Assembly: GCA_050230475.1 (NCBI GenBank)
Contig: JBFLGF010000221.1
Span: 1 to 52,547, forward strand
Length of the DNA stretch: 52,547 nt
Reading direction: 5' to 3'
DNA from: Ancylonema sp.
Taxonomy: Eukaryota
The position numbers were made by a program, and so were the translations under genes. The first letter of the stretch is position 1. Every line of letters starts with the position of its first letter. Of the stretch, positions 1 to 12,485 are shown piece by piece. Under the pieces are notes generated by a model. The model saw nothing but the letters and a program-made list of their open reading frames with translations. It searched no databases and was not told where the DNA came from.

Positions 1-104
1 TAAAAATCACGTTTTGAGTGTAAAACCGAAAAAAAAAAAAAAAACTTGTTTCTCTTAGCGAAGAGTCTCTTATGACGAAGTGTCTTATATCGAGGTTTGA
101 GTGT
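1..104. mobile_element. Terminal fragment of a Tc1/pogo-like MITE (ends ...CTTATATCGAGGTTTGAGTG-TA)
   Basis: The reverse complement reads TA-CACTCAAACCTCGATATAAG, resembling the termini of other TA-flanked MITEs here. A near-copy of this end (ATATCGAGTTTGGAGTGTA) is at ~34592-34610. The other end lies outside the window. Confidence 0.4.
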
Positions 105-333
105 ACATGCTCGATATTAAGTTACGCAGAAACACACTTTTTCGAGAAAACACAATGACCTAGGGCTGTTGCAAAGCTTGAGCTCGAATCCGTGATCGAG
201 GATTAAAAAATGTAACATCCAAAAAAACATGGTCATTTTTTCGAAAAAGTCTTTGAGCGTTTACGAAAACGTCTGAGAGATTTCCAACCCGCACTGTATT
301 AGAAGTAAAAATACGCATTTGTATTGCACTATA

Positions 334-895
334 CACCAAAACCTGTCTTAACTAATAATGTCGGGACCGGAAAATATTATTTATCAAGGCAGGTCATTAC
401 CTAAGACAGGCTATTACCTAATGTCCTAAAATCAGTTTTTATTCGAATACGACGGGCAATAGGTTAACATCCAGGTTGGAATCGATCCAAACGTGTATTT
501 TCACAGAGTCATAATCATAATCATAATGATATAGACGAAGTTGTAAATATGAGCCAACCCTCCATATTTGTATCCCGCTTAACTCTAGAAATAGTCGTTT
601 TTGTTTTTTTAATTCATTTTTTATTTTTTATTTATAATCAAATTTTCTTTCGGTTCTTCTTTTTCTCCCCCATCCTCCACATTTTTAACACCTACTCCGT
701 ACAAATATTTTGTACGGATAAGTGCGGATTACGTACTTCATTAATTAGCACGTTGGCGGGACCGGAAAAAAATATTAGATATCACGTTTGAGAGGTTTTT
801 GAATAATTACAATCGCCCAAGGTCGGGACCGGAGATTTTTCTAAATTAAGACAGGTTATTAATTAAGACATAATGAATTAAGACACGTCTTATTG
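334..895. mobile_element. Non-autonomous Tc1/pogo-like MITE
   Basis: TA on both sides and imperfect TIRs (CACCAAAACCTGTCTTAA ... TTAAGACACGTCTTATTG). Subterminal GTCGGGACCGG and AATAATTACAATCGCCCAAGGTCGGGACCGG motifs are shared with the MITE at 18431-19030. Confidence 0.6.
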
Positions 896-1702
896 TAGTT
901 AGTTGTGGATTAGTTTCAATCAGAGTTGTCTACCGGACTGTCGCTCATGCATTTGTGCGGAACAAAACGTGAGATTTCTACTTTTCGGAAGTTTTAGAAA
1001 TTGGTTTTGTAGTATGTTGGTTCTTTGTTTGTTATTTTTTTGTTGTGCCTTTTCTTCTTCCTTCTTCTTTTTCTTATGCGAACACATGACTCGTACCGTG
1101 TAGTATCAATTCGCTCGGGTGGTATGGAAAACGATGTGATATTTTGGTGTTGTTGGAGCCATTCCATGGTACTGTAACGTACGGAGTGTGACCCATGATG
1201 CCTTGAGCCAATTTTCCACCTAGCCTCTGAGCAAGTAGCCAAGATTGGACGCTGCAAAGCATCATTTTTCGTCCAACCTTTTTTTTCAGTTCCCGTTCCT
1301 GTTATTTCCCGTTCTCCTCTCGTCCCCCTCGAAATGCAAATCGAAAGTGTGGTTGCGTGGATAACCAACGCCTTGTACGATCGGAGTCAGTACATTGCAA
1401 TGTGAGGATCGCATCAACCGCCTTCAATGAGTGACTCAAGCCTTTTTCAAGCACAAAGCAGCATCCACACACCATCAACAACTTGTGGCAATTGAACAAA
1501 CAAGAGGCTCATCCACTTCCCATTGAACATACAAACTCACAATCGTCTTCATTATAACATAATGCACATTCCTTACCATGATATTCAAATACGGAATCTA
1601 ATATACATATATAAGCCTCCAAACCCCCCCCTCCGCCCCTACCCAATCCAAATTACGCAGCTCGCGTGACTAAATTTCGGCTCACACGCTTGTTAGAACA
1701 CC

Positions 1703-4700
1703 CTAGGCGTTTCTGAAAACTACTCCTTTCAACTCATACACGTCCATCTTCTTCATCACAACAGGAACACTTCCGTTGTTAAATAAGCGAACACCTGCCG
1801 ACTTTCCGTGTGCCAGTGTGGGATACACCCGGGCGGTCATCACAGTCCGCCCTCCCTGAGCAAACACCTCCACGATAGAGTTGTCCACCTGGAGTCAACG
1901 AGGGGTCAACGATGGAGTCAAACAAAAGTCAACGAGGGGTCAACGGGGGTGTCAAACAAAAAGTAAAGAAGGAGTCAACGGAGGAGTCAAACGAGCGGTC
2001 AACGACCAATCCATGTTCAACACCACTCCCCCCACTACAGTACTATCCGACTTATGTCCACATGTAATCTTCTTCTGGTATGAAGACCCTCGATATAGGG
2101 AACGCTGTACATGGGGGCCGATGAAGAGGTAGCATAGGAAGACGAGCTATTTGACATCCACCATAGCATTACAAAACACGCTCAAATCTACACCACATAC
2201 ATCCACATACATCCACAGACCCCCTCCCAAATCCACCGAAACAAAAAAGTTGCGAAAACGACAACGGACGCCCAACTTGCATTTACACTCTTTTAAACCA
2301 CTCCCCACCCCCAACCCCACCCCCAACCCCACCCCCTACCCCCCCCCCCACTCACAATCACTCTCAACTTCACCTCCCTCTCGCCCGGCATCACCCTCAC
2401 CCTCTCCCCATAAACATTCCTATCCCCATCCACCGCCAAAGATGCCCTGGTCTGATCTGTACAAACCCTGGTCTCCCACTCCCCCCCCCCCTCCCCCCCC
2501 CCGGGGATCATCTCCACGTAGACACCTGTCGCCTCCTCCCCCCCCTCCGCAGCCATGACCAGGATCCCAACCGGCCCAACCGCATTCCGCTGCGCGGAGC
2601 CCCTGGGGGAGCAGCGGGAGGGGGTGACGTGGCCGGATTGGATCAGGCGGTTGGCTGCTGCCACGTCAGCAGGGGAGAGGGTGGGGATGGTGAAGGTGAC
2701 CTCGATGTCCAGCTGCGCGGTTGGGGGGGGGGTGGGGGTGGGGGGGGTGGAATTGAATCTGAGGGTTCTGAGTGGGTATGGAGTCTGGGGATAAGATCAG
2801 GTGAATCATGTATTACGTTTTACTGGATCTTCAATGTATTCTTATTGGGATTTAGATTTTGCTCCTGCTTTTGCTTTATGTGACAAAGTTCAACATTGGG
2901 ATACTGCACTTTGCAGCGAACGATAAGAGGAGAGAAATGATGTATTATTTAACATTATTCAAGAAAGGATGTAACATCATTCAAGAAATGATGTAACATC
3001 ATTCAAGAAATGATGTAACATCATTCAAGAAAGGATGTAACATCATTCAAGAAAGGATGTAACATCAATCAAGAAATGATGTAACATCATTCAAGAAAGG
3101 ATGTAACATCATTCAAGAAAGGATGTAACATCAATCAAGAAATGATGTAACATCATTCAAGAAAGGATGTAACATCATTCAAGAAAGGATGTAACATCAT
3201 TCAAGAAAGGATGTAACATCACTCCTGTGATGCATTAAAACTCTATGTCGTGATCTCAGGACCATCTCAGGGACAGGCTCATCCTAATACAACTGATATT
3301 ATGACTGGAAATTCCCATCCGCATTCGTGGGTAAGCCAATAAGAAGCCGCCACCTGTCCCCCCGCCCCCCCACCTGCGTTCCCCGCACGTGCTTCACCTC
3401 CTCCTCACTCCCTGCCCCCAACTCGATCTCCCCCACCCCAAAATGCGCCCCCCGGAGCCCCTCCACCTCCTCAATCGGCTCCTGAACCAGAAACTTCCCG
3501 GAAAGAGGGTCCAGATACACCTTCCTAGGCAGAGCCTGCACGGACGCCCACCCCTTTTTTATGTCCTCGACCGTCGTATCGGATTCGTTCACCCACCCCA
3601 TCACCACCCTCCTCTCTTTCAGTGGGTCGTAGAACGATTTGGACGCGTAATATCGCCCGTAGTCGTACTGGGGCCCGGTCTGCACGTCCAATGACGCGTC
3701 GACAGGTGTCCAGGTGTGGTGGACGGGATCGTAGTTCCCGACGCTGTAGTGGTCGCTGCGGGAATCGTCGAAGGAGGCTTTGAGGACAAATTTTAGGTCC
3801 GTTCCGAACGCGGACGTGTCGAGGCCGTTCGCGGACGCTTGGTTGACGGGATAGAAATCAGGACACTGAACCTCAAAAACGAACGACGTATACGTCACGT
3901 GAGGCACTCCCAGGATCTTTCCGACTGAAGATCAAGTTGGCGCGAAATAAATCGAAAACTGCGATTCATCCTGCCAATTGAAAACTGATTGTCTGTGATG
4001 CGGTGGAAAGTAGTGTGGTATTATGGAAACTGATATCATGTCCCACATAATGGAGCAGTTTCCGTTTCACTCGGGTCGGCTGAAATCTGATAAGTAAATG
4101 GCTAAACAGTCCGTCGTTTTCTCCTGTCCCAAACAGTTTATCGATGTAGATTGATTTTACTGTTAGTAGTTAGAGACACTGGAGTAATCCCTACCTATCG
4201 CCCTGCCTGCTGGAAACTGTTCAACTACTGTCAACCCGCTCTATACGCACCCCTCAACCTAGGCGCACCGTCCATAAAGGGTCCGGCATCCCACACATTT
4301 CACCACCCTCTGAGAAGGCACACCCTTCATATATGTAACCAACCCTCTTTCAGAACAACAAGGTACCTGTACAACAGGTTGACCATATCGCAGTTTCTCC
4401 TGAGCCTGCTCTTTCTCTCTCACTCTCTATTTTGGGACCAGAAAAAACCCCAACCCCGCCTTCCACCTCCCCACCCCCCCCTCACCTCCCACAATCCCTC
4501 TCTGTTGGGCGCTGTTCTCATCGGTTCCTCCCTCAACCCCCACTCCAAAAAATCGTCCGTTTCATACACCAACGCCACGTCCACCCCCGCCCTCCTCGCC
4601 CCAACCAGCGCCCGCCATCTCCCATCCGCCCCCAACCACGCGGTCGTAGGGTCCCTGAAATTGGACGCGTTCACGCCCGTTGGGGCAGTTACAACGGGAT

Positions 4701-6571
4701 TACGGGGGTCCTTTATCCAGGTCGTTAAAAAGGGGTCGCTGGGGTCTGCTGGGGTGGCCTGGCACTGGGTCTGGACCCCCGTTTTAGAGGCCCCGGTGTA
4801 GAGAAGGACGGGGGTACCGTTGGGGAGGATGGTCGCGGAACCCGACCAGCACCCCCCGGCGTCGTAGGGGTGGTCGGGGAAGAGGGCGGGGGGGAGGTAT
4901 TGCCACTGGGGGGGGGAGGGGGGGTAGGGGGGGGAAGGGGAGCAGAAGATGGGAGGACTACTTTTGATGAGTTCTGTTGACTCTTGATAGACCCTATTGG
5001 ATTTTGTTGACTTTTGTCGACTTTGACGAGTGACAGCTGTCGACCTCCTGGTGGATGTCGAGTCTATAACGACGGATTGCAGGTGTGAATATGTGTGTAG
5101 GGATCGCAGGATCATCTGTCTGCCTTTCTAGAAGACCTGAACTAGAGGGGCAGTCTCGAGTGGCAACACCCATGTCTGCCTCTAAGACCTGCCACGTGTC
5201 TGCCTCTAAGACCTACCACGTGTCTGCCTCTAGGACCTGCCACGTGTCAAGCCATGATGAGTTGGGGACCAGGCTTGGGTCTGCTTGCATGCGGGGACCA
5301 TAGTCGATTTTTCCGACCAGTCCATACGCACATAACGTTGACATTTATGTACGAATCTGGTGAAAAGCGCTTTGGAGGCTATGGAAAGAGGTACAGTCCT
5401 GGCAAAAGAAAAGAGACGCAGCTTATATGCACCCAAAAGCTACCTGGCACTTCTGAGATGTTGATTGGTTGTAGTTGATTTGATGGTTAGTTGGTGTGTT
5501 GGTCGGTTGGTCGCCTTTTACGTGGATCAAGTCGTTGGACACCACGTGTCCCCACTGGATGTTGCTCCAAATGGCGCCGTCCGGATTGTACTGGTAAAAC
5601 AAATGGTAGTAGCCCTTGTAGTACAGAGGGCCTGGGGGGAGGTGCAGACAAGGAGAACGGAATCAGTACTGTCGTGGGTGCCAAAGTCCGAATTCCAAAG
5701 TATTTATGCTGAATGTGTTGCGAGGCTGCTGGTGGAGGAAGCAGAAGAAGAGATTTCGAGGAAGCTTTCTGTCTACTTTCGAAGACAGGCTACGGAACTG
5801 GAGCATTCATGTACAGTCTTCTCTCCGTATGACGAGGTTGTCATTGTATCGAGGGTCGTTTCACCGAGGGAAGAGTGTGGGATTCCACAGGCAGTAGTTT
5901 CACATTAGCAAGTCCCGAAATTACATGATCACAAAAGGCCACTGGAAAGTACGAATCACGTACCGTTTGGATCTGGAAAAGCAGACAGATTCGAGAGGTA
6001 GTGGCCATGCAACACAGGAGGCGAGAGGAGGGGTCAGGGTGCATCAACTAGCCCCACATAAAAAACAACGAGACTTGAACTTGCATACTTATGGCAGCTG
6101 TTTTACCTTGAAGCCTCCGCTTGTTAACAAAATGCCAGCCACGAGACACGAACTAGAAATTACGCGATTTCGCTGTCTCCCTTCCTTCTACATAACCTCT
6201 CCCCACCTTCGCCACATCTAACCCTGATAAAAGAATCGAGGTTCATAAATCGGTTTTAAATGAAGCAGGACCTTCATATATCGGGCAGACATAAGGCCAC
6301 AGATTGACATCACAGCTCAACGTTCTGGTATTCCCGACTCACCATTCATCCAGTTCTTCGCCGGTTGGAAGTGACAGGACGTCCTGTGGATTTTTGCGAG
6401 GTCCTCCCCTTTCAAAAGCCTGTGGCTTCTGGAGATGCTGTCTACGACGGTGGTCGATGGAACTCTAGCGCCAGAACCTTGGTCTATCGCGGAAAGCAAC
6501 GCCACAAAAATAATAAAGATTGGCATGGAGAGGAAGGGATGCATGAAACCTCTTATTAATCTTGCGTCCAT
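1703..6571 (-). CDS. Acid beta-fructofuranosidase / invertase (GH32), 7 exons
   Basis: Exons, all GT-AG and phase-consistent: 6571-6343, 5972-5964, 5631-5522, 4905-4486, 3865-3374, 2712-2356, 1888-1703. The spliced protein has an N-terminal hydrophobic segment, [29 protein letters not shown] (split by an intron), YYASKSFYD and C-terminal [13 protein letters not shown]. Confidence 0.95.
2951..3220. repeat. 22-bp minisatellite (CATCATTCAAGAAAGGATGTAA), ~12 copies, in invertase intron 5
   Basis: Directly visible tandem array. Confidence 0.92.
5173..5248. repeat. 24-bp tandem repeat, ~3 copies, each containing CCACGTGTC (G-box/ABRE-like), in invertase intron 3
   Basis: GTCTGCCTCTAAGACCTGCCACGT is repeated. 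Confidence 0.75.
5964..5972 (-). other. 9-nt micro-exon ATCCAAACG encoding the DPN of the invertase NDPNG catalytic motif
   Basis: The minus strand reads ttttccag|ATCCAAACG|gtacg. It joins exon 1 (AAT G|) to exon 3 (|GC CCT CTG) in frame. Confidence 0.93.
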
Positions 6572-8631
6572 GACTGTCACGTCCGGGGCACAACTGATTC
6601 TGGTCTTAACTTCTGATGACGCAATGTCTCAACAGCGTCGTCGGATGACTGAAAAATGAGTACCAGCGATGCGCCGTTTCCAGATGCTTCCTTAACTTGC
6701 GGATGACAAATAAAGAAACAGATGAAGATTTTGCAAGCCTTTATTCGAGAAAAGCAATGGAGAGAAATAACATTATTAAGTTTTCCGCCAATGGCGCTGA
6801 CAGGAGAAATCCCCGCCTCATGGACGACTAGTTTGACGTTCAAGTGAACCTCACGCTACATGACATGCCTGCCGTGCTACAATCAGGTGCCGGAGACAGA
6901 GACGCAGAATCCTGAAGGAACGTCTCGCAGAATCCTGTCTTCTGCAGCCCACTTCATCCTCAACAGAGAAAACATCTGCGGGGACGACGCCTTTCCCCAT
7001 TCTCAGATGGTGCGGACGGACAACGCCCTGTTGACTATTTCAAACGAGATCTTGCGGACGGTATCGCAGTTGACTGTGTTCGAGAAACCACCGCATTTGA
7101 CGCTAGATTTGCACCAGTAAGGATTGACGCTTCTGCAACGCCTTCTGTTGGTGAAATCCTCACAATCGCCAGGATTGTACGGTGCAACCGAGTGGAACGT
7201 GCGGGCGACGTGCAAAGAGCAGGAGCAGGAGCGGCGAAGCAGAGGTCTTGGAGTGGACCAGGTGTCGACGCAGACTGGAAGATGGTGCTGTTGTCCCCTT
7301 CCCATGAAGGAGATGAGCCACGAATAAAATGATACATACTGATAAAATGAAGGGTGTCGAAATTGCAGGTGCCAAACACTGAACCGCAGATTGTATCTTG
7401 TCGAACCGGAGATTGTATCTTGATATGACAAATTGACATTCCGTCTAAATCTGCATCCAGTCTGTTTTTCCGTCCGTTCACTTTCACTTTCACTTTCACT
7501 TTGCGAGACTCCCAGAGTTGCTGAACGAAGCGAGTCTCTCTGTAATTGAAGCTGGAACCCAGTTTTTCGTCTTAGTTGTGGTCTACAGCACGTCTGAGTT
7601 TCTGTTCTTGCGTCGCCAGTATCTTGCATTCCTAAAAGTTTGCTAAATCTCCTTCCCTGCATGTCCTCCTGTACATGCATGGAATCGCAGAGCCCAGAAG
7701 TTTCTTTTCTAAGGTGAAGATCTCTCCTGCATCTTGGAACCAGCAAGTCATAGTTTTCACGATCCAACTATTAATTCGTCCTAAAAACGCTACCTGGTGT
7801 TTTCCGGGCAGCAAGAACTGCCTCTTACACTATGGCCAGCCATTTCGTTCGTCGCCCCTTTCCTTTCTAAGTCATGGCGGCAAACGAGGTCTCTTTCGCG
7901 AGGTGGTGTAGGGGTCTAGATCGGTTTCCGTCGGGGTTCGTATCCGGAGAACATCGCTATCCTCGTGAAGCTCTGGATTTTACGTAAGTCAGTTGAGACT
8001 GAGGGGCATAGTCTCTCGGAATTATAATTAACCCGTGTAAGGATCTTGTCTCTCCAACAATATGTGTGCCATGTATGACTTCGGCACATTGACTCTTCGA
8101 TACCTCTTCACGGCTAGCTACTTATAGAATGACTCTACCAGCCACCCTGCATTTTAGATACATTGATCAGCTAGGAGGCACCAAAAAGATCAATTCAAGT
8201 TATTCAACCCTTCTAGTTCGATTGATCAAGGTGATTGACAAGAGTAGACTCCAAGACGTTTGATACTCGTCAAAACTCGTCAAATACATTTTATAAACAC
8301 ATGAAGGGTGCTTGTAAACCATCGTTTTCCCTGAGAAGACCGATCGATTGTCCATCTAGCTTGCCTATCTCTTGAATCTAGTGGTTGTTGGTCTCGTTTT
8401 ATTGTGATGACCATCACATATCGTTTTATCAAGGGAGGTAGATGAGTGGGACAGTGATAGAATCATGCAATTAGCATAATCAAACATCTTGTTTTGTTAA
8501 AGATGTTTTGATACTATCTACATAGACTCCACACTTGTTCTTGACGCTCTCGTGATTCTTCTTTACATCTCAAGGTTTGCGAGACTGCAAAATTGGAAGT
8601 TAGAGGCAACCCCGACCCCGCCTTAAACTCC

Positions 8632-11029
8632 ATGACCTCCTTCTTCGATAACGAGGATTTGTTGTCGCAAACATTCGAATACATCCCAAGAGACGACAGG
8701 TGCAATCTCACTCTTGTGGCCAGAAAATGGAAAGGGGTGTCGGAGGCCTTCCCCACGTGGAGAATCGGGTGCCTCGATCTTAAGTTCGAATATGGGCCAT
8801 ATTTTGAGAAAGTCGATGTCGAGACCAGTGGGGAGAGTGAGGAGGTTAAGTGGGCAACATCCGTTTCGACCTTGACGATGATACTCGCCCAGCGGAAATA
8901 CATCGTGGAATGGTCATTTCACGTGACCCGTGTTCCCCCAACCCCAACCTCCTAGGGTGACCTTGCCACGTGTATGACGCACGTACGGCGCCTGTAGCTC
9001 GCATTCTATGAGTCCAACGCTACATACACGTTGCGACTGGCGGATCTCCCAAGCCTGGTTGTCTTGAAAGTCAACACGACGGTCAAACTAACCTCCGTGT
9101 CCCTCCACTTGCCATCATTACAAACGCTTGGGCCGCCCATTGGAGCTCTGCTAAGTCAAATCAACTCGAGAGCTCACAGAGCGTGACGTTGTGTGCCCCG
9201 GTTTGGTGTCGCTTTCTTTACGAACCTAGAATGAGGAGCTATCACCATCCTTGTTGGCATCACTAAACCGTCTCCATCTCTACAATTCGAGTGTGAGTGA
9301 GGATGTGGTGGGGATTGGATGTTGGGACGAATTGGTTAGACCTCGTTTCAAACGTGGAAGCGTATCCTAGACTTATGTTACTCGCTCGTAATAATCGTAA
9401 CCCACGAGCATGCCCTTGAACTCGTAAAGCCGTTATTTTGGGGTTTGATCCGTCTTCCCAGTCCTTTCTCTTATTAGCTTCTGTAGTCAACCCTTACACA
9501 AACTAGTGCAAAAATCGTTGCCTCGATTCAGACTCCTCCATGTCATCATGATCTGATCTCTTCTTCGACTCATGGCTTCGTTTTCCTATTGTGTCCGTAC
9601 AAACCAACTCACTCTTGCGCAACAACGGGAGTGAATTGGTGCTAGACGCATGCCCATAACTCACCGACCTCTTTCTCTTCAACACTCTAGTCTTTCCGGG
9701 ATTGACGAAATGGGCCCTTGACTTGCCGTCCTTGACAACACTTGAACTTTGCGCATTCGCAATCGAGGAGTGGAGCCTTGTGTGCCCGAAATTGGTACAT
9801 GCCAAACTGCACGGTTTGCAAACGCCCAGTGTGATCGTGCAATCGACCCGCTCCACAAGGGTGAGCCCATGGGGTTATTAATGGGGTAATTGTCGCTACA
9901 AGGTTGGGAGTGTTAGGTCCATCTTTAAGGATGTGGTTGGTGGCGCTTGCTCATTGGATGTTGATTGTAGTGCGATTGCTATGAATTAGATGTGTGAAGA
10001 AGACAGGTTTTCTTCTGTTATCCCCTTGTGTGCGCCTTCGCGCTTTTAGTCAGCAGTCATGAAACCGCAAACCCCATAGAGAAACTATGTGATGCACATC
10101 ATTCCATTTCTCTCATCTTTTGCCTTCTTTGACTTGGTCCTTCCAAAATGCACAGATCTCTTCCCCATTTTTTTGAGGACCACGAGACCTTCGTTCTTCA
10201 AAGTTGTCCACTTTTGAAGTCCTTGTTTAATTAACAGTCCGTTAAGCGCGGAATCAGTCACAGTTGATCAGTCCCAAGCCTCCGTATTGTAACCATCACT
10301 GACGGTCAAAGCGTAAAAAGCTGCAAACTAGTCGCTCCCAACTTATTGGAGCTCACCATCAACAACCACCCTCTCCTTGATCGCTCATTCATGACCCTTC
10401 TCTCTCTCCAATCCCTCAAAGTCAGAGATTGCCCTCTCTTGGATGTTTCTTCGATGAAACAACCAACTCTATTGACTCTCGAGTTGGGCAACTGCAAGGT
10501 GATTGTTTCCTGCTATGTGTTCTTCCTTCCAATGTAATGGTGAGAGATGGAAGGTGATCATATATTCCACACGAAACATATTTTTTTTCCATCTTGTACG
10601 AAACTTATTTTTTTTTTTTTTTTTCGGTCACAATTGTAAGTCTTGGAATGTCATGATTATCTTCCATCACACTACTTGTTTCGAAAACAGGTGGCGATGA
10701 CTTTCATTGTTTTCCATGAAAGACCACTGTCTAATCTTCATTTGTACTCTTGGGAGTAGGTAGAGGAGTGGAACTTGCCTGACTTGACGAGGATTCGCGT
10801 GGGGGAAGAAATATTAAAAGAAGTAGGAGAGTTTGAGACGATTGCCGAGGCCGGAAATGAGCAAAGCCTCAAAGTCGGAAGGTTTAGGTTCAAGAGGTCT
10901 AGACCCGACAACCTTGGAGCATATTTTCCTTCACTGGAAGTGGAGTTGACCTCGGTTGCTGACCGATACTTCGAGAGTGTGACTCTATTCATCAACTTAG
11001 GGACCTCCTTGCGTCCAAAGTGGTCATAG
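8632..11029 (+). pseudogene. Decayed F-box/leucine-rich-repeat gene
   Basis: F-box-like start (EDLLSQTFEYIPRDDRCNLTLVARKWK), then LRR-like units (LADLPSLVVLKV, LHLPSLQTL, LDLPSLTTLEL, LVCPKL, LSLQSLKVRDCPLL). In-frame stops (8953, 8995, ~9657) and frameshifts interrupt it. Confidence 0.65.
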
Positions 11030-12485
11030 TAGTTTTAAACTAATTCGTGTCATAAGTCCTAGTGCCCCTCGCAACCCGAGTGTGTCGAATAGTAAGTGTC
11101 CTCTTATTGATAACTAGCTAGTGGGACGAGGTTTGAACTCCATTTTTTGTATAGCCGTGATAACCTCTTGATTAGCCCACAAGAAAACTACAAATGTAGT
11201 CAAGCGGGAGTACTTGGAAGTAGTATGAGTTCATTTATTGAGCCGCTCGTGTGCTTTAAGTTTCTCGATTATTGATTGCAACCAACACAAGCACCAATGT
11301 GATGTGGTTCGAAGGGGCACCCGCAGGCTTTTCGCGGATGCGATGCCACGCTTATTGATTGCTGCAACAATCAAAGATGGCACTTGTAGAAAGTCGCTTT
11401 GTTATTACAGGTCTTTAGCGTATAATTTGAAATGCATCTTGAGGGTTCCCAGAGAACGCACAATTGTAAATGACTCCTGTACTGAGATTTACTTAAGTAT
11501 CAATTTCGGTGTCAGTTTGTTCGTGAAAAAAACAATGCTTAGTAAGCACAGTTGAGACGGGAGGTAAGAACCGAAAAGTTTCAAAAACTGAGAAGGTTTT
11601 TTTTTCAACAACAAATTTGAATCAATTCACTGTACACATACTTGTTTTTTCTTTCTTACGAATCGATGTAAAAAATCAGGCTACGATAAGTTAGGATGTC
11701 TTTGGGTTTCTAGGGATTTTTGGGGTTATTCCAGGTAAGGATAGGGTACCTCAAGGTAGGTTCGGGTTTAGTAAAAGTTTCTCCAAATCAATTTCTGACC
11801 CGACAATTGTTTTTGGGGTTACCACTTTAACGAGGGGAGATAGGCCACATCTTGTAGGGTAAGACGTCATAGGCGGGGAGATGGTGGCCCAGTACGGACC
11901 CATCTAGTGTTTGGCGGTCTTCAAAAGGGGCTTACCGTATAATTTCAGCCAAACAACACGATGTTCGTAGAAAACTGGAAGGAATAGCGACAAGACCACC
12001 ATTGTGTCCCGAAAATTACACAACCGAGTATTAGGAGAAAACTAGAATAATTACGCATATATATTTCGAGGTGAGGGCCTCATGATCCTTCGTCGGAAAA
12101 ACAATACGGCTTCTTAAGAAATGTGCATGTGGTTTGCTCATAACGGAAACGTTGATCGATCATTTTGTATTGATTCCGAATCAATGTTGCATGGATGTCA
12201 ACACTCGTACGAGAGTTTTTTGCCTTCTTTGGAGTAGTGTCGTCAAGTACGCAACTAGTATGCCGGGGGTGAAACTCGATCCTATGAGTAGGGAGGAAGT
12301 AGTGTTGATCTCGTGACTAAAGAGTTTGAAGTTTGTCATGAAGCCGTCCGTCATTATAGCGACCTTGGTAGCGAAGTACCACATGTTTGCACTCGTTTAG
12401 TATGGCGACATGTATAATTATATGTACAATACGTAGACATTTATTTAGGGCACGCCATATCACTTACCCCAAAAACAATCAAATA

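Noticed and set aside
2951..3220. CRISPR-like 22-bp array
   Set aside because: Head-to-tail intronic minisatellite with no spacers.
6860..7800. Overlapping ORFs up to 254 aa upstream of the invertase
   Set aside because: No recognisable domain or splice model. More likely 5' UTR or promoter, although a small gene cannot be excluded.
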